A stretch of 64,000 nucleotides of DNA from Dehalococcoidia bacterium (lineage in GTDB: Bacteria > Chloroflexota > Dehalococcoidia > UBA2979), in contig SHYR01000003.1 of NCBI GenBank assembly GCA_009692705.1, forward strand, positions 5,170 through 69,169, read 5' to 3'. The position numbers and the translations under genes are program-made. The notes beneath the pieces were generated by a model, which had not been told where the DNA came from, searched no databases, and saw only the letters and a list, made by a program, of their open reading frames with translations. Each line of letters begins with the position of its first letter. The first letter of the stretch is position 1. Of the stretch, positions 28,020 through 38,054 are shown one piece after another.

Positions 28020-28775
28020 CTACAGCGGTCTGGCCAGTCCGCCGTCGCGGCGAATGCGCCAGAAATGCACGGTCATGAATACCGCCGCCAGCAACGGCAG
28101 CCCCACCACGTGCAGCGTATAAAAACGGATCAGCGCCGACGCCCCGACGTCGAAGCCGCCGATCAGCACGAAGCGGTTCGGCTCACCGAGGATCGGTGCC
28201 GAGCCCACCATGTTGGTGCCCACGGTGATCGCCCACAGCGAGAGCTCGTCCCACGGCAGCAGGTAGCCGGTGAACGACAGCAGCAGCGTGAGCACCAGCA
28301 GCACCACGCCCACTACCCAGTTGAACTCGCGGGGGGGCTTGTAAGCGCCAGTGTAGAAGACCCGCATCATGTGCATCAGCACCGCCAGCACCATGCCATG
28401 CGCCATCCAGCGGTGCAGATTGCGCATCAGCATCCCGAAGCGCACGTCCGTCTGGATGCGCTGCATGTCCTCGTACGCGCGCTCCACCGAGGGCACGTAA
28501 TAGAACATCAGCAGCACGCCGGTGATCGTGAGCCCCAGGAAGAGGAAGAACGAGAGCCCGCCGAGGCAGAACGTATGCGTGATCTTGACGTGCGTGCGGT
28601 GGATGCGCGTCGGGTGCAGGTGCAGGAAAACGTTGGTAGCGACGGCCAGCATCTGGTTGCGGGGGGTATTGGGGTAGCCGGAGCGGAATACCGAGCGCCA
28701 CACGTAGTTGTGGAAGATCGCGTCGTAGACGCGGTCGCCGAGCGGGCGGCTTTCCGGGCGCTCCGTCGTCACCAT
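28020..28775 (-). CDS. Cytochrome b (b6-type, N-terminal four-helix haem-binding half)
   Basis: [40 protein letters not shown]..., [10 protein letters not shown] and RFYTLHV, with the His ligands in place. Confidence 0.9.
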   Translation of the reverse strand: MVTTERPESRPLGDRVYDAIFHNYVWRSVFRSGYPNTPRNQMLAVATNVFLHLHPTRIHRTHVKITHTFCLGGLSFFLFLGLTITGVLLMFYYVPSVERAYEDMQRIQTDVRFGMLMRNLHRWMAHGMVLAVLMHMMRVFYTGAYKPPREFNWVVGVVLLVLTLLLSFTGYLLPWDELSLWAITVGTNMVGSAPILGEPNRFVLIGGFDVGASALIRFYTLHVVGLPLLAAVFMTVHFWRIRRDGGLARPL

Positions 28776-28832
28776 CAGCGTCCCCGTTCCCAGCGCGCTC
28801 GCGACCGCACCTGCGGCTGTCGCGCTCGCGCC

Positions 28833-28940
28833 CTAGGCTTCCCACCAGCGGCCGAGCACGACCAGCACCGCCAGCGTGCCGAGCAGGGTTACGAATACGC
28901 CCACCAGCTCCAGCGCCTCGCCGACCTCGCCGAAGATCAC
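28833..28940 (-). CDS. Unannotated single-TM micropeptide (35 aa) immediately upstream of cytochrome b; possible small complex subunit
   Basis: Own translation from GTG 28940: (M)IFGEVGEALELVGVFVTLLGTLAVLVVLGRWWEA. GGAGG lies 5 nt upstream, and the ORF ends 57 nt before the cytochrome b start. Confidence 0.3.
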   Translation of the reverse strand: MIFGEVGEALELVGVFVTLLGTLAVLVVLGRWWEA

Positions 28941-29119
28941 CGCCGCCTCCGAGTCCGAGCGCTGTCGCGCGACGCGCCTGCGGCGACAGCCGCCCGTCGG
29001 TGACCGCCTTCACAAGCGGGCCGATGCTAGCCCCGGTCCGATCTAGCGTCAAGGAATCCGGCAGGCGGCGCCCCAGCGGCGGCGCCGCCGCCGCTGGGGC
29101 GCCGCCGCACGTAACCGCC

Positions 29120-29863
29120 TCACGCTCGCGGCACCAGCGGCACGCCGCCCGCGCGCAACCGCCAGATGCCGCGCAGGTCCTCAATCGCGGTGCGCACGAT
29201 CGCCACGCGGCTGTCTGGATCGTCGGTCCAGCGCACCGGCACCTCGCGCAGCCGGAAGCCATTCGCCTGCGCCACCACCAGCAGCTCGGAGTCGAAGAAC
29301 CAGCGCGTATCCCGCACCAGCGGCAGCAGCTGCCGCGCCGCCGCGCGCGAGATCGCCTTGAAGCCGCACTGCGCGTCGCTCACCCGCAGCCCGATCACCA
29401 GCCGCAGGATCGCGATGTACGCGCGAGAGATCAGCTCGCGCCGCAGCCCGCGACGGGTCTGCGAGCGCGCGTGCAACCGCGTTCCGTAGGCGATGTCCGC
29501 CTCCCCCACCGCAATCGGGTCGACCAGCTCCGGCAGGTGCGCCAGGTCGGTCGCCAGGTCCACGTCCATGTAGGCGCACACGTCCGCCGGCGAGGTCAGC
29601 CAGGCGACCCGCAGCGCGATGCCGCGCCCCTTCGCTGGCACGTGCAGCGCCACCACCCGACCGGGGTGTTCCTCCTGCAGCCGCCGCGCGATCGCCAGCG
29701 TGCCGTCAGTGGAAGCGTTGTCCGCCACCACCACGCGCCAGTCGTGCCGCGGCTCGCCGGGGTGGTCGTCGAGCCAGCGCAGCACGCTGGCAACGCTCTG
29801 CGCGAGCGCACGCTGCTCATTGTAGACTGGGAGCACGAGGTCGATGGAGGCCACAGCGGCCAT
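29120..29863 (-). CDS. Family 2 glycosyltransferase (polyprenol-phosphate sugar transferase type)
   Basis: Start at MAAVASIDLVLPVYNE. ADNASTDGT, YMDVDLATD (the DxD motif) and CGFKA are present. Confidence 0.8.
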   Translation of the reverse strand: MAAVASIDLVLPVYNEQRALAQSVASVLRWLDDHPGEPRHDWRVVVADNASTDGTLAIARRLQEEHPGRVVALHVPAKGRGIALRVAWLTSPADVCAYMDVDLATDLAHLPELVDPIAVGEADIAYGTRLHARSQTRRGLRRELISRAYIAILRLVIGLRVSDAQCGFKAISRAAARQLLPLVRDTRWFFDSELLVVAQANGFRLREVPVRWTDDPDSRVAIVRTAIEDLRGIWRLRAGGVPLVPRA

Positions 29864-29936
29864 GCTAGCGCGCCGCGCGCCTAGCGGCGGCCGGCGCGCG
29901 GACGCAGCACGCACCGGGGCGCTGCGCGCGGCCTAG

Positions 29937-31502
29937 CTAGTGCCGGAAGTGCCGCACTCCGGTGGTGAGCAGCGAGACGCCGAGGCGGTTCGCCGCGACC
30001 ACCGAGGCGTCGTCGCGGATCGAGCCGCCGGTGTGCATCACGCAGCTGACGCCGAAGGCGGCGCACACCTCCACTGTGTCCGGGAACGGGATCAGCGCGT
30101 CCGTGGCCGCTACCGCACCCCGCGCGCGCTCCCCCGCCGCCTCGCCCGCGATGCGCGCGCTGGCGGCGCGGTTCGGCTGTCCCGCGCCCATCCCCACCAG
30201 CACGCCATCGCGCACCATCGCCACCGCATTCGACTTCACGTGCTTGCAGACCTTCCACGCCAGCGCTAGGTCGGCGAGTTCCAGCGCCGTGGGCTGCCGC
30301 TCGCTCACCACCTCGAAGCGCGTCTCCTCCGAGACGTCGGCCTCCTGCACCAGCACCCCCCCGCGCACGGCGCGGAAATCCAGCCGCGCGCGGTGCGGGT
30401 CGCCAGCGGGCGCGGTGAGGATGCGCAGGTCCTGCGACTTCTTCTTCAGGTGCTCCAGCGCCTCCGGATCGGCGCCCGGCGCCACTACAATCTCGTAGAA
30501 CATCCGCTCCCCGCTGGCGGGGCTGCGCAGCTCACGCAGCGCGCGCGTGGTGTCCATGTCCAGCGGCCGGTTGATCGCGACGATGCCGCCGTACGCGGAG
30601 AGGCAGTCGCCCTCGGTGAGCGCGCGCTCGTAGAGCCCCGCCATGCCAGCGCCAGCACGCCCGGCGGCGAAGCAGCAGGGGTTCGTGTGCTTGATGATCG
30701 CCACCGCCGGCTGCTCGCACTCCAGCACGAGGTTGTAGGCGGCGTCGGCGTCGAGGATATTCACGAACGACAGTGCCTTGCCGTGGTGCTGCGTGTAGGC
30801 GCCGATGCCCTCCGCCGGCACAAGCACCGAATCATGCGCGTAGAACGCGCCCCGCTGGTGCGGGTTCTCGCCGTAGCGCAGCAGCTCGCGCCGCGTCATC
30901 GCCACCGTCAGCTCAGCGGGCAGCGCCGCCGGCTCGCCGCGCAGGTACTCCGCCACCAGCGTGTCGTAGCGCGCCACGTGCGCGAACGCCTTCGCCGCCA
31001 GCGCCCGGCGCGCGGCGGCGTCCGGGCCGCCCGCCCACAGCTGCTCCAGCACGAGGGAGTAGTCGGCGGGGTCGACCAGCGGGATCACCGCCGGGTGGTT
31101 CTTCGCGGCGGCGCGGATCATCGTGGGACCGCCGATGTCGATCTGCTCCAGCGCCTCGGCGAGCGTCGCGCGCCCGCCCGCGACCGTCTGCTCGAATGGG
31201 TAGAGGTTGCCCGCCACGAGGTCGATGCCGCGGATGCCGTGCCGCGCTACCTCGGCCTCGTCGCCAGGGTGGCCGCGGCGGTAGAGCAGCCCGCCGTGCA
31301 CCAGCGGGTGCAGCGTCTTCACCCGCCCCTCCAGCATCTCGGGGCTGCCGGTGAGCTCGGTGATCGAGGTCACGGCGACGCCGGCCTGCTGCACGGCGCG
31401 CAGCGTGCCGCCGGTGGAGTAGAGCTCCCAGCCGAGCGCTTGCAGCCCGCGCGCCAGATCCTCGATGCCACTCTTGTCGTACACGCTGAGAATCGCGCGC
31501 AC
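29937..31502 (-). CDS. purH: Bifunctional AICAR transformylase / IMP cyclohydrolase
   Basis: GTG at 31502 (VRAILSVYDKSGIEDLARGL) with GGGAGGGGG upstream. GRVKTLHPLVHGG, IDIGGPTMIRAAAKNH, and a C-terminal end FRH. Confidence 0.95.
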   Translation of the reverse strand: MRAILSVYDKSGIEDLARGLQALGWELYSTGGTLRAVQQAGVAVTSITELTGSPEMLEGRVKTLHPLVHGGLLYRRGHPGDEAEVARHGIRGIDLVAGNLYPFEQTVAGGRATLAEALEQIDIGGPTMIRAAAKNHPAVIPLVDPADYSLVLEQLWAGGPDAAARRALAAKAFAHVARYDTLVAEYLRGEPAALPAELTVAMTRRELLRYGENPHQRGAFYAHDSVLVPAEGIGAYTQHHGKALSFVNILDADAAYNLVLECEQPAVAIIKHTNPCCFAAGRAGAGMAGLYERALTEGDCLSAYGGIVAINRPLDMDTTRALRELRSPASGERMFYEIVVAPGADPEALEHLKKKSQDLRILTAPAGDPHRARLDFRAVRGGVLVQEADVSEETRFEVVSERQPTALELADLALAWKVCKHVKSNAVAMVRDGVLVGMGAGQPNRAASARIAGEAAGERARGAVAATDALIPFPDTVEVCAAFGVSCVMHTGGSIRDDASVVAANRLGVSLLTTGVRHFRH

Positions 31503-31572
31503 CGCTTCCCCCTCCCTGCCCCGTCCACTCCCTGACCCGGCCCACCCGTCTTGCCCGTCTGGCCCATCGACG

Positions 31573-32640
31573 CTAGCGATCGCCCTCCAGCCCGCGCACC
31601 GCCGGCTCGTCCGCCGCCCGCGCGACGGCCTCACCGATGCGCCACGCCCCCGGCAGCGCGGCCAGCACCGCGCCCGCGTCGGCCGCCGCGACCGCGACGA
31701 TCGCGCCCACGCCCATGTTGAAGGTGCGCCACATCTCACGCTCCGGCACGTTGCCCGTGCGGCGGATCAGCTCAAACAGCGGCGGCGCCGTCCACGAGCC
31801 GCGATCGAGCCGCGCGCCGAGAGCGGCCGGCAGGATGCGCGGCAGGTTGCCCGGGATGCCCCCGCCGGTGATGTGCGCGATGCCGTGCAGGCGGGGCCGC
31901 AGCGGCCGCAGCGCCTCCCAGAACGACGGGTGGGCCGCGACCAGCGCCTCCCCGAGCGTGCCGCCCAGCTCCGCGTAGCGCGTCTCCAGCGCCGCCCGGT
32001 CGTGCGCGAGGCCGCGGCCCTTGCCGAGGCCCCAGATCGCGCGCACCAGCGAGTAGCCGTTGGTCATCAGCCCGTTCGAGGGCAGCGCGATCAGCGCGTC
32101 CCCGGCGGCGATTGTCGAGCCATCGATCAGCGCATCGCGCTCCACCACGCCCACCGCAAAGCCTGCCAGGTCGAAGTCGCCCGCGCGGTAGAGGTCCGGC
32201 ATGTCGGCGGTCTCGCCGCCGAGCAGCGCGATGCCCAGCGCGTCGCAGGCCTGCGCGATGCCCTCCACGACCTCCACCCGCGCCTCCTGCGGCAGCGCGT
32301 TGGTCGCGATGTAGTCGAGGAAAAAGAGCGGCTCGGCGCCGGTGGTGATGAGGTCGTTGACGTTGTTGTGGACGGCGTCGTGCCCGGCGAGGCGCAGCGT
32401 CCCCAGCGCCGCGTGCAGCAGCACTTTCGTGCCCACGCCGTCGGTGGTGCCAACGATCACTGGGTCGCGGTAGCCGGCGCCGAGGCGGAACAGCCCCGCG
32501 AACGCCCCCGGCGGCGTCAGCACCCGCGGGCCGTGTGTGCGCTGCGCGATCGCGCCGAAGCGCGCCGCGGTGGCCTCGCGCGCGTCGAGGTCGACGCCGG
32601 CGGCGGCGTAGCTGTGCGGGCGGTCGCTCGCGGAGGTCAT
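31573..32640 (-). CDS. purM: Phosphoribosylformylglycinamidine cyclo-ligase (AIR synthetase)
   Basis: SYAAAGVDLD, GTTDGVGTKV, DAVHNNVNDLITTGAEPLFFLDY and GGETADMP. Start taken at MTSASDR. Confidence 0.9.
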   Translation of the reverse strand: MTSASDRPHSYAAAGVDLDAREATAARFGAIAQRTHGPRVLTPPGAFAGLFRLGAGYRDPVIVGTTDGVGTKVLLHAALGTLRLAGHDAVHNNVNDLITTGAEPLFFLDYIATNALPQEARVEVVEGIAQACDALGIALLGGETADMPDLYRAGDFDLAGFAVGVVERDALIDGSTIAAGDALIALPSNGLMTNGYSLVRAIWGLGKGRGLAHDRAALETRYAELGGTLGEALVAAHPSFWEALRPLRPRLHGIAHITGGGIPGNLPRILPAALGARLDRGSWTAPPLFELIRRTGNVPEREMWRTFNMGVGAIVAVAAADAGAVLAALPGAWRIGEAVARAADEPAVRGLEGDR

Positions 32641-32706
32641 CGCCGGATCAGCTTCCTCGCGGGCGGGGAGCGCGCGGGCGGGCGCCGCGCCGGGCACGGC
32701 GACGCC

Positions 32707-34164
32707 TCAGCGCGCCGGCCTCAGCGCGACCAGCGGCAGGTCGTGACGGTCACGGCGCGGGCTCGCCTCGAGCACGAGTTTGTCGAGCTCCAGTGGCACC
32801 TCGCTGGGGTAGCGGCCGGAGAAGCATGCGGTGCACAGCGCGCCGTCGGTGGAGCGCGTGGCCCCGATCGTGCCCTCCAGCGAGAGGTAGCCGAGCGAGT
32901 CGGCGCCGACGTGCCGGCGGATCTCCTCCACGCTCTGGTTGGCGGCGATCAGCTCGCCGCGCGTCGCCATGTCGACGCCGTAGAAGCAGGGGTGCATGAT
33001 CGGCGGCGAGGTGATGCGCATGTGCACCTCGCTCGCGCCGGCGCGGCGCAGCATCGCCACCACGCGCGGCGTGGTAGTGCCGCGCACGATCGAGTCGTCC
33101 ACCACCACCAGCCGCTTGCCCTCCAGCACCTCCCGCAGCGGGTTGAACTTCAACTGCACGCCCTGCTCGCGCAGGCGCTGATCGTGCTGGATGAAGGTGC
33201 GCCCGACGTAGCGGTTCTTCATCAGCCCCTCCCCGTAGGGGATGCCGGACTCCGCCGCGTAGCCGAGCGCCGCCGCCGTCGCCGAGTCCGGCACGCCGAT
33301 CACGAGGTCGGCCTCCACCGGGTGCTCGCGCGCCAGCCGCGCGCCCATGCGCATGCGCACCGGGTGCAGCAGCTCGCCATCGAGGCGCGAATCGGGCCGC
33401 GCGAAGTAAATGTACTCCAGCAGGCACAGCGCCCGCCGCGGCCGGTTCGCTTCGCCCAGCGGGAAGCTCGTGTGCAGGCCGCTGGCGTCCAGCCGCACCA
33501 GCTCGCCGGGTTCGACCTCGCGCAGTAACTCCGCGCCCAGGTGATCCAGCGCGCAGCTCTCGGACGCGATCACGTAGCCGCCGTTGAGCCGGCCGATGCA
33601 CAGCGGGCGGATGCCGTTGGGGTCGCGCACGCCGTACACCGCGTCCGCCGTCAGCACCGTGAGCGAGTAGGCGCCGTTGGCCCGCCGCATCATCACACGG
33701 AAGCGACCTTCCCAGTCCACACCGGTGGCGGTGGCGAGCAGTTGCGCGATCACCTCGGTATCGCTGCTGCGCGTGAACTCCACGCCCTGCTCGACGAGGT
33801 CGGCGCGCAGCATCTCGGCGTTCACGATGTTGCCGTTGTGTGCCACGGCGACCGGGCCCGCCGGCCCCTGCACGAGGATCGGCTGGGCGTTGCCCACCAC
33901 GCTTGACCCGGTGGTGGAGTAGCGGGTGTGGCCGATGGCAGCGATCCCGGGCAGCCCCTCCAGCACGTCCTCGCGGAAGATCTGCGTCACCAGGCCCATG
34001 TCGGCGTAGATGTGCAGCCGCTGGCCGTCACTGGTCGCGATCCCGGCGGATTCCTGACCGCGGTGCTGGAGCGAGAAGAGGCCGAAGAAGGTGACGCGGG
34101 CTACGTCTTCACCCGGCGCGTAGACGCCGAAGACGCCGCATTTCTCGCGCAGGCTCGGGATCAA
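32707..34164 (-). CDS. purF: Amidophosphoribosyltransferase
   Basis: TTG start. An 8-residue propeptide precedes the catalytic Cys (MIPSLREK-CGVFGV). LQHRGQESAGI, and PRT motif LVVVDDSIVRGTT. Confidence 0.95.
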   Translation of the reverse strand: MIPSLREKCGVFGVYAPGEDVARVTFFGLFSLQHRGQESAGIATSDGQRLHIYADMGLVTQIFREDVLEGLPGIAAIGHTRYSTTGSSVVGNAQPILVQGPAGPVAVAHNGNIVNAEMLRADLVEQGVEFTRSSDTEVIAQLLATATGVDWEGRFRVMMRRANGAYSLTVLTADAVYGVRDPNGIRPLCIGRLNGGYVIASESCALDHLGAELLREVEPGELVRLDASGLHTSFPLGEANRPRRALCLLEYIYFARPDSRLDGELLHPVRMRMGARLAREHPVEADLVIGVPDSATAAALGYAAESGIPYGEGLMKNRYVGRTFIQHDQRLREQGVQLKFNPLREVLEGKRLVVVDDSIVRGTTTPRVVAMLRRAGASEVHMRITSPPIMHPCFYGVDMATRGELIAANQSVEEIRRHVGADSLGYLSLEGTIGATRSTDGALCTACFSGRYPSEVPLELDKLVLEASPRRDRHDLPLVALRPAR

Positions 34165-34201
34165 ATCTCGGGCTTCCGGCTGCGGAGACCGCTAGGTAAG
34201 G

Positions 34202-34210
34202 AGTATACCA
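34202..34210 (-). promoter_or_regulatory. Candidate extended -10 (TGgTATACT) upstream of purF
   Basis: The minus strand reads ggcTGGTATACTcc, about 40 nt upstream of the purF TTG start. Confidence 0.3.
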
Positions 34211-34227
34211 GCCGCGTACCGCGGCGG

Positions 34228-34614
34228 CTACGCAGGCCGGGCCCCCAGCCGCCGGTGCTCCACCTTCGTGCAGCGGTCCATCACCACCTCCATGCCGGCG
34301 CGGCGTGCGCGCTCCGCCGCCTGCTCGTTCTCGATCCCGAGCTGCATCCAGACCGCCCGCGCGCCCGCCACGATCGCATCCTCCACGACCGGCCCCACGA
34401 ACTCCGAGCGGCGGAACACGTCCACGATGTCGACCGGCTCCGGCAGCTCCCGCACGCTGGCGTAGACCGGCCGCCCCAGCAGCGGCTGCGTTAGCGTCGG
34501 GTTGACCAGGTACACGACGTAACCCGCCTCGATCAGGTAGCGGGCGACATCGTGCGAGTCGCGCCGGGGGTCGTCGGACACCCCCACGACAGCGATCGTC
34601 CTGGCGTCCCGCAT
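34228..34614 (-). CDS. CoA-binding domain protein (YccU/YneT-like)
   Basis: MRDARTIAVVGVSDDPRRDSHDVARYLIEAGYVVYLVNP...VDIVDVFR...VWMQLG. ATG at 34614 with GGAG upstream. Confidence 0.8.
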   Translation of the reverse strand: MRDARTIAVVGVSDDPRRDSHDVARYLIEAGYVVYLVNPTLTQPLLGRPVYASVRELPEPVDIVDVFRRSEFVGPVVEDAIVAGARAVWMQLGIENEQAAERARRAGMEVVMDRCTKVEHRRLGARPA

Positions 34615-34639
34615 CAGCTCCACGGAACGGTCCACCACG

Positions 34640-35353
34640 CTACTCCTCTCCCGCACCGGCCGGCGGTGGAAGCCGCCGCCGGTGCAGCCTGCGGCGGCCG
34701 GCTGGCGCCGCCTCGCGCTGCGCCCCGCCCACACGCTCGCCGGCCGCCGGCGCCGCCGCGGCCGTCACCGCCGGCAGCTCCGCCGGCCGCGCCTCCACGC
34801 CGGTGAGCGCGCCCACGGCCTGCGCCAGGCGGTTGGCGCGCGCCAGCGCCTCGGCGGCGAACGGCCGTGCGGCGACCGCGGTGCCGAGCGCCAGCACGCG
34901 GCCGTTGTCCTTCACCAGCCGCACGTCCCACTGCACGAAGTCCTGCCGCTCGCCGCTCGTCAGCTCCTGCTCGTAATCGCCCGCCACCGCGACGTGGTCG
35001 ATGCGCGAGAACGGCACCATCTCGGCGGTGCCGAGGCCCAGGCCCAGCAGCCCCTGCTGGAAGCACACCGCCTGCTTCGCGCGCTCGATGCTCACGGTGC
35101 TGCCGGCGACGTTGTAGACCAGACCGAGGATCGCCGCCGGGCCCAGGATCAGCGTGCAGACCAGCAGCAGCATCAGCAGCCACAGCGGGCCGTCGCGGGC
35201 CAGCAGCTGCACCACGAGCCACACCGCGCCGCCAGCGAGCAGCGCCTGGATCAGCGGCGCGACCAGCCGCCCTCGGCCGGGGCGTACCGTGATCGAGTCG
35301 TCGCGCACCACCGCGACCGCCCGCTGCAACGGGATGCGTTCGAGCTGCGCCAC
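34640..35353 (-). CDS. Hypothetical two-TM membrane protein
   Basis: 237 aa with two adjacent hydrophobic helices (LVAPLIQALLAGGAVWLVVQLL / LWLLMLLLVCTLILGPAAILGLV). No family recognised. Confidence 0.5.
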   Translation of the reverse strand: MAQLERIPLQRAVAVVRDDSITVRPGRGRLVAPLIQALLAGGAVWLVVQLLARDGPLWLLMLLLVCTLILGPAAILGLVYNVAGSTVSIERAKQAVCFQQGLLGLGLGTAEMVPFSRIDHVAVAGDYEQELTSGERQDFVQWDVRLVKDNGRVLALGTAVAARPFAAEALARANRLAQAVGALTGVEARPAELPAVTAAAAPAAGERVGGAQREAAPAGRRRLHRRRLPPPAGAGEE

Positions 35354-35473
35354 GCGCTCCCGCCTCTCCCTGCCGGTGCGGCCCCGCGGCCGCGAGTCTA
35401 GCGCGCCGGGCGGTTTGCACGCCGCCCGCGCGCGTTCCTATCATCCCCCGGACGCGCCACAGGGGAGTGCCGC

Positions 35474-35689
35474 ATGCGCCGCGACCTGATGGAAATCCTC
35501 GCCTGCCCCGTCTGCAAGGGCGAACTCACGCTCCACATCGAGGCCGAGGAGGGCGACGAGATCGTCGCCGGATTCCTACACTGTGCGGCCTGCGACGAGC
35601 GCTACCCGATCGTCGAGGGCATCCCGAACCTGCTGCCGCCGGAGCTACGCCGCGCGCTGGAAGCGGAGCAGGCGCGGCGCGGCTCGTGA
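35474..35689 (+). CDS. Trm112/UPF0434-family zinc-ribbon protein
   Basis: LMEILACPVCKGELTL...LHCAACDERYPIVEGIPNLL. Confidence 0.8.
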   Translation: MRRDLMEILACPVCKGELTLHIEAEEGDEIVAGFLHCAACDERYPIVEGIPNLLPPELRRALEAEQARRGS

Positions 35690-35768
35690 GCGCGCGCCGC
35701 TCGCGCCGCACGGGGCGGGCGCTGATAGCCGCCCGCGCCTAATCCCGACCCGCCTCGCCTGTCGCCAC

Positions 35769-36293
35769 CTACCACCAGCCCGGCCCCGCCAGCAGCGCCA
35801 CGCCCGCCCGCTCGTCCCCCGGCAGCGCGTCGAGCAGCGCGCGCACGCTGCGCTCGAGCACCGGGTGCATGAGCGCCGGTGCGATCTCCGCCAGCGGCGC
35901 CAGCACGAACGCGCGCTCGTGCAGCCGCGGGTGCGGCACCGCGAGGTCCGGCGCCGCCACCAGCTCGCCCTCGATCAGCAGCACGTCGATGTCCAGCGGG
36001 CGCGCGCTGTTGCGCGACGCGGCGAAGTCGCGCCCAGCCGCCAGCTCGATGCGCTTGCACAGCGCCAACAGCTCGTGCGCGGTGAGCGCACAGCGGCCCG
36101 CGACCGCGCTGTTGGCGTAGCGCGGCTGCGCCTCGCCGCCCGCCGCGCCCCACGGCGGCGTGTCATAGAGCGAGGACACCGCGCCCACCGTCACGCCCCC
36201 GGCCGCCAGCGCCTCAAGCCCCCGCCGCAGGCTCGCGACGCGGTCGCCGAGGTTCGCGCCGAGCGCGAGCCAAACCGCGCGCTGCTCGCTCAC
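35769..36293 (-). CDS. folK: 2-amino-4-hydroxy-6-hydroxymethyldihydropteridine pyrophosphokinase
   Basis: GTG at 36293 overlaps the folP stop (GTGA). [20 protein letters not shown] and [19 protein letters not shown]. Confidence 0.85.
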   Translation of the reverse strand: MSEQRAVWLALGANLGDRVASLRRGLEALAAGGVTVGAVSSLYDTPPWGAAGGEAQPRYANSAVAGRCALTAHELLALCKRIELAAGRDFAASRNSARPLDIDVLLIEGELVAAPDLAVPHPRLHERAFVLAPLAEIAPALMHPVLERSVRALLDALPGDERAGVALLAGPGWW

Positions 36294-37144
36294 GGCGGCG
36301 GCCAGCCCCGCACCACCGCGTCGGCCATGCGCGCCACCTCCGCCATCTCGCGCACGTCGTGCACGCGCACGATGTCCGCGCCCCCCTGCACCGCCAGCGC
36401 CACCGTCGCCGCCGTGCCCCACGCGCGCTCCCCCTCCGCCCGCCAGAGCACCGCGCCGATCGCCGACTTACGCGAGCTGCCGACCAGCAGCGGGCGCCCG
36501 AGCGCGCGCAGCTCGCCGAGGCGTCGCAGCAGCTCGAGGTTCTGCGCCACCTCCCAGCCGAAGCCGAAGCCCGGGTCGAGCAGCAGCCGCGAGCGCTCGA
36601 CGCCCGCGCGCTCCGCGAGCTCCAGGCTGGCCTCCAGGCCCGCACGCGCGTCGGCGATCGCGTCGCCACTGGAGACGCGGCCGCGCTGGTTGTGCATCAA
36701 CACCGCCGGGCAGCCCGCGCGCGCCAGCAGCAGCGCCATCGCCGCGTCGCCGCGCAGCCCGTGGATGTCGTTGATCGCGTCGGCCCCGGCCTCCAGCGCC
36801 CGGCGCGCCACCTCCGCCTTCGCGGTATCGACGCTCACCGGCACCAGCACCGCCGCGCGCACGGCGCGCAGCACCGGCGCCAGCCGCCCCCACTCCTCCG
36901 CGGCGTCCACCGCCGGCGCGCCGGGCCGCGAGGACTCCGCACCGATGTCGATCAGCGCAGCGCCATCCGCGACCATTTGCGCCGCCTGCTCCGCCGCGCG
37001 CGCGGGGTCCAGCGCGCCGTCGCCGGAGAACGAGTCCGGGGTCGCGTTCACGATCCCCATGACGTAGGTGCGTGTGCCCCAGTGAAACTCGTGCCCGCCG
37101 ATGCGCATCGGCGCGGGGTGCGCGAAGGCGGGCCCGCCGCTCAT
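36290..37144 (-). CDS. folP: Dihydropteroate synthase
   Basis: [40 protein letters not shown] and INDIHGL. Confidence 0.9.
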   Translation of the reverse strand: MSGGPAFAHPAPMRIGGHEFHWGTRTYVMGIVNATPDSFSGDGALDPARAAEQAAQMVADGAALIDIGAESSRPGAPAVDAAEEWGRLAPVLRAVRAAVLVPVSVDTAKAEVARRALEAGADAINDIHGLRGDAAMALLLARAGCPAVLMHNQRGRVSSGDAIADARAGLEASLELAERAGVERSRLLLDPGFGFGWEVAQNLELLRRLGELRALGRPLLVGSSRKSAIGAVLWRAEGERAWGTAATVALAVQGGADIVRVHDVREMAEVARMADAVVRGWPPP

Positions 37145-37157
37145 GCCAGCGCGCCGC

Positions 37158-37589
37158 TCATGCCAGCTCCAGCGGCTCTTCCTCGATCGTGCCGCCGCGC
37201 CGGATCAGGAAGGCGCGCACCGCCGGCGGCTCCGCCGCCAGCGAGACAATGATGTAGCAGGTCTGCGGGTACATCGGCTCCTGCTCGACCGCGCCCGGCG
37301 GCCAGAAGGCCATGCGCACATCCGTGGGCGAGGGCCTCGCCTCCGAAGCGACGTGCGAGTGGTAGATCGCGAACAGCGTCTCGCCGGTGCGGTCGCGCTG
37401 CTGCTCGAGTTGCAGCATGCGGCGCGGGTCCATCTCGTAGCGATACGGGCTGGCTGCAGCGTTGGTCACGCGGTACACCGCCGCCGCCGCGCCGCCGACC
37501 GCGTGGATCATGCCGCAGGCCTCGTTGGGGAGATCCGCGCGCGCGTGCGCGATCACCTCGTCCACGAAGGCGCGGGGGATGCGCGGCAT
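37158..37589 (-). CDS. JAMM/MPN+ metalloprotease (Mec/CysO-hydrolase type)
   Basis: NEACG (the catalytic Glu region) and the JAMM motif HSHVASEARPSPTD. 143 aa, single domain. Confidence 0.85.
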   Translation of the reverse strand: MPRIPRAFVDEVIAHARADLPNEACGMIHAVGGAAAAVYRVTNAAASPYRYEMDPRRMLQLEQQRDRTGETLFAIYHSHVASEARPSPTDVRMAFWPPGAVEQEPMYPQTCYIIVSLAAEPPAVRAFLIRRGGTIEEEPLELA

Positions 37590-37595
37590 GTGGCC

Positions 37596-38042
37596 TCAGA
37601 GCTCCCACGCCTGCGTCTCGCCGTCGTCGATGCACGCCCCCGCCGCCTGCCACATCTGCAGGAAGGCGGCGCTGAACGGCTCGGCCGCGAGGTGCTCGAT
37701 CCAGTGCGGCCACTCCTGCTCCGGCAGGCGCGCCACGAACTCCGCAAACGGCAGGTGCACCGTCCCGTCCGGCGCGATCCCGAGATCCAGCGACCAGCGC
37801 CCCGCCAGCGCCACCCGCCCCACGGTGCGCGTGCGTTGCATCTGCGCGCCGCGTTCGCGGTAGCGTCGCAGCACCGCGACCCGGAACCGCAGCTGCAGCC
37901 GCCCCGGCTCGCGTGCGGCGAGCGCGCCCGCCAGCAGCGTGCGCTGCTGCGCCGCCGCCGGCGCGATCTCGGACGGCTCGGCTAGACCGGTCACGCGCCT
38001 GGCTGCCCTGCTACCGCCCGCTGCCGGCTGCGACGGCGGCAC
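37596..38042 (-). CDS. Hypothetical protein (about 148 aa) between rhodanese and JAMM protease
   Basis: GC3-rich minus-strand ORF. The stop lies 6 nt before the JAMM start and the start is uncertain. No motif recognised (Trp-rich C-terminus EQEWPHWIEHL...FLQMWQAAGACIDDGETQAWEL). Confidence 0.5.
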   Translation of the reverse strand: MPPSQPAAGGSRAARRVTGLAEPSEIAPAAAQQRTLLAGALAAREPGRLQLRFRVAVLRRYRERGAQMQRTRTVGRVALAGRWSLDLGIAPDGTVHLPFAEFVARLPEQEWPHWIEHLAAEPFSAAFLQMWQAAGACIDDGETQAWEL

Positions 38043-38054
38043 CTGGCGGATCGC

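Noticed and set aside
28183-29262. 359-aa minus-strand ORF overlapping cytochrome b and the GT2 gene.
   Set aside because: It is out of frame with cytochrome b, Arg/Gly/Ala-rich, and spans an intergenic region. It is a shadow ORF.
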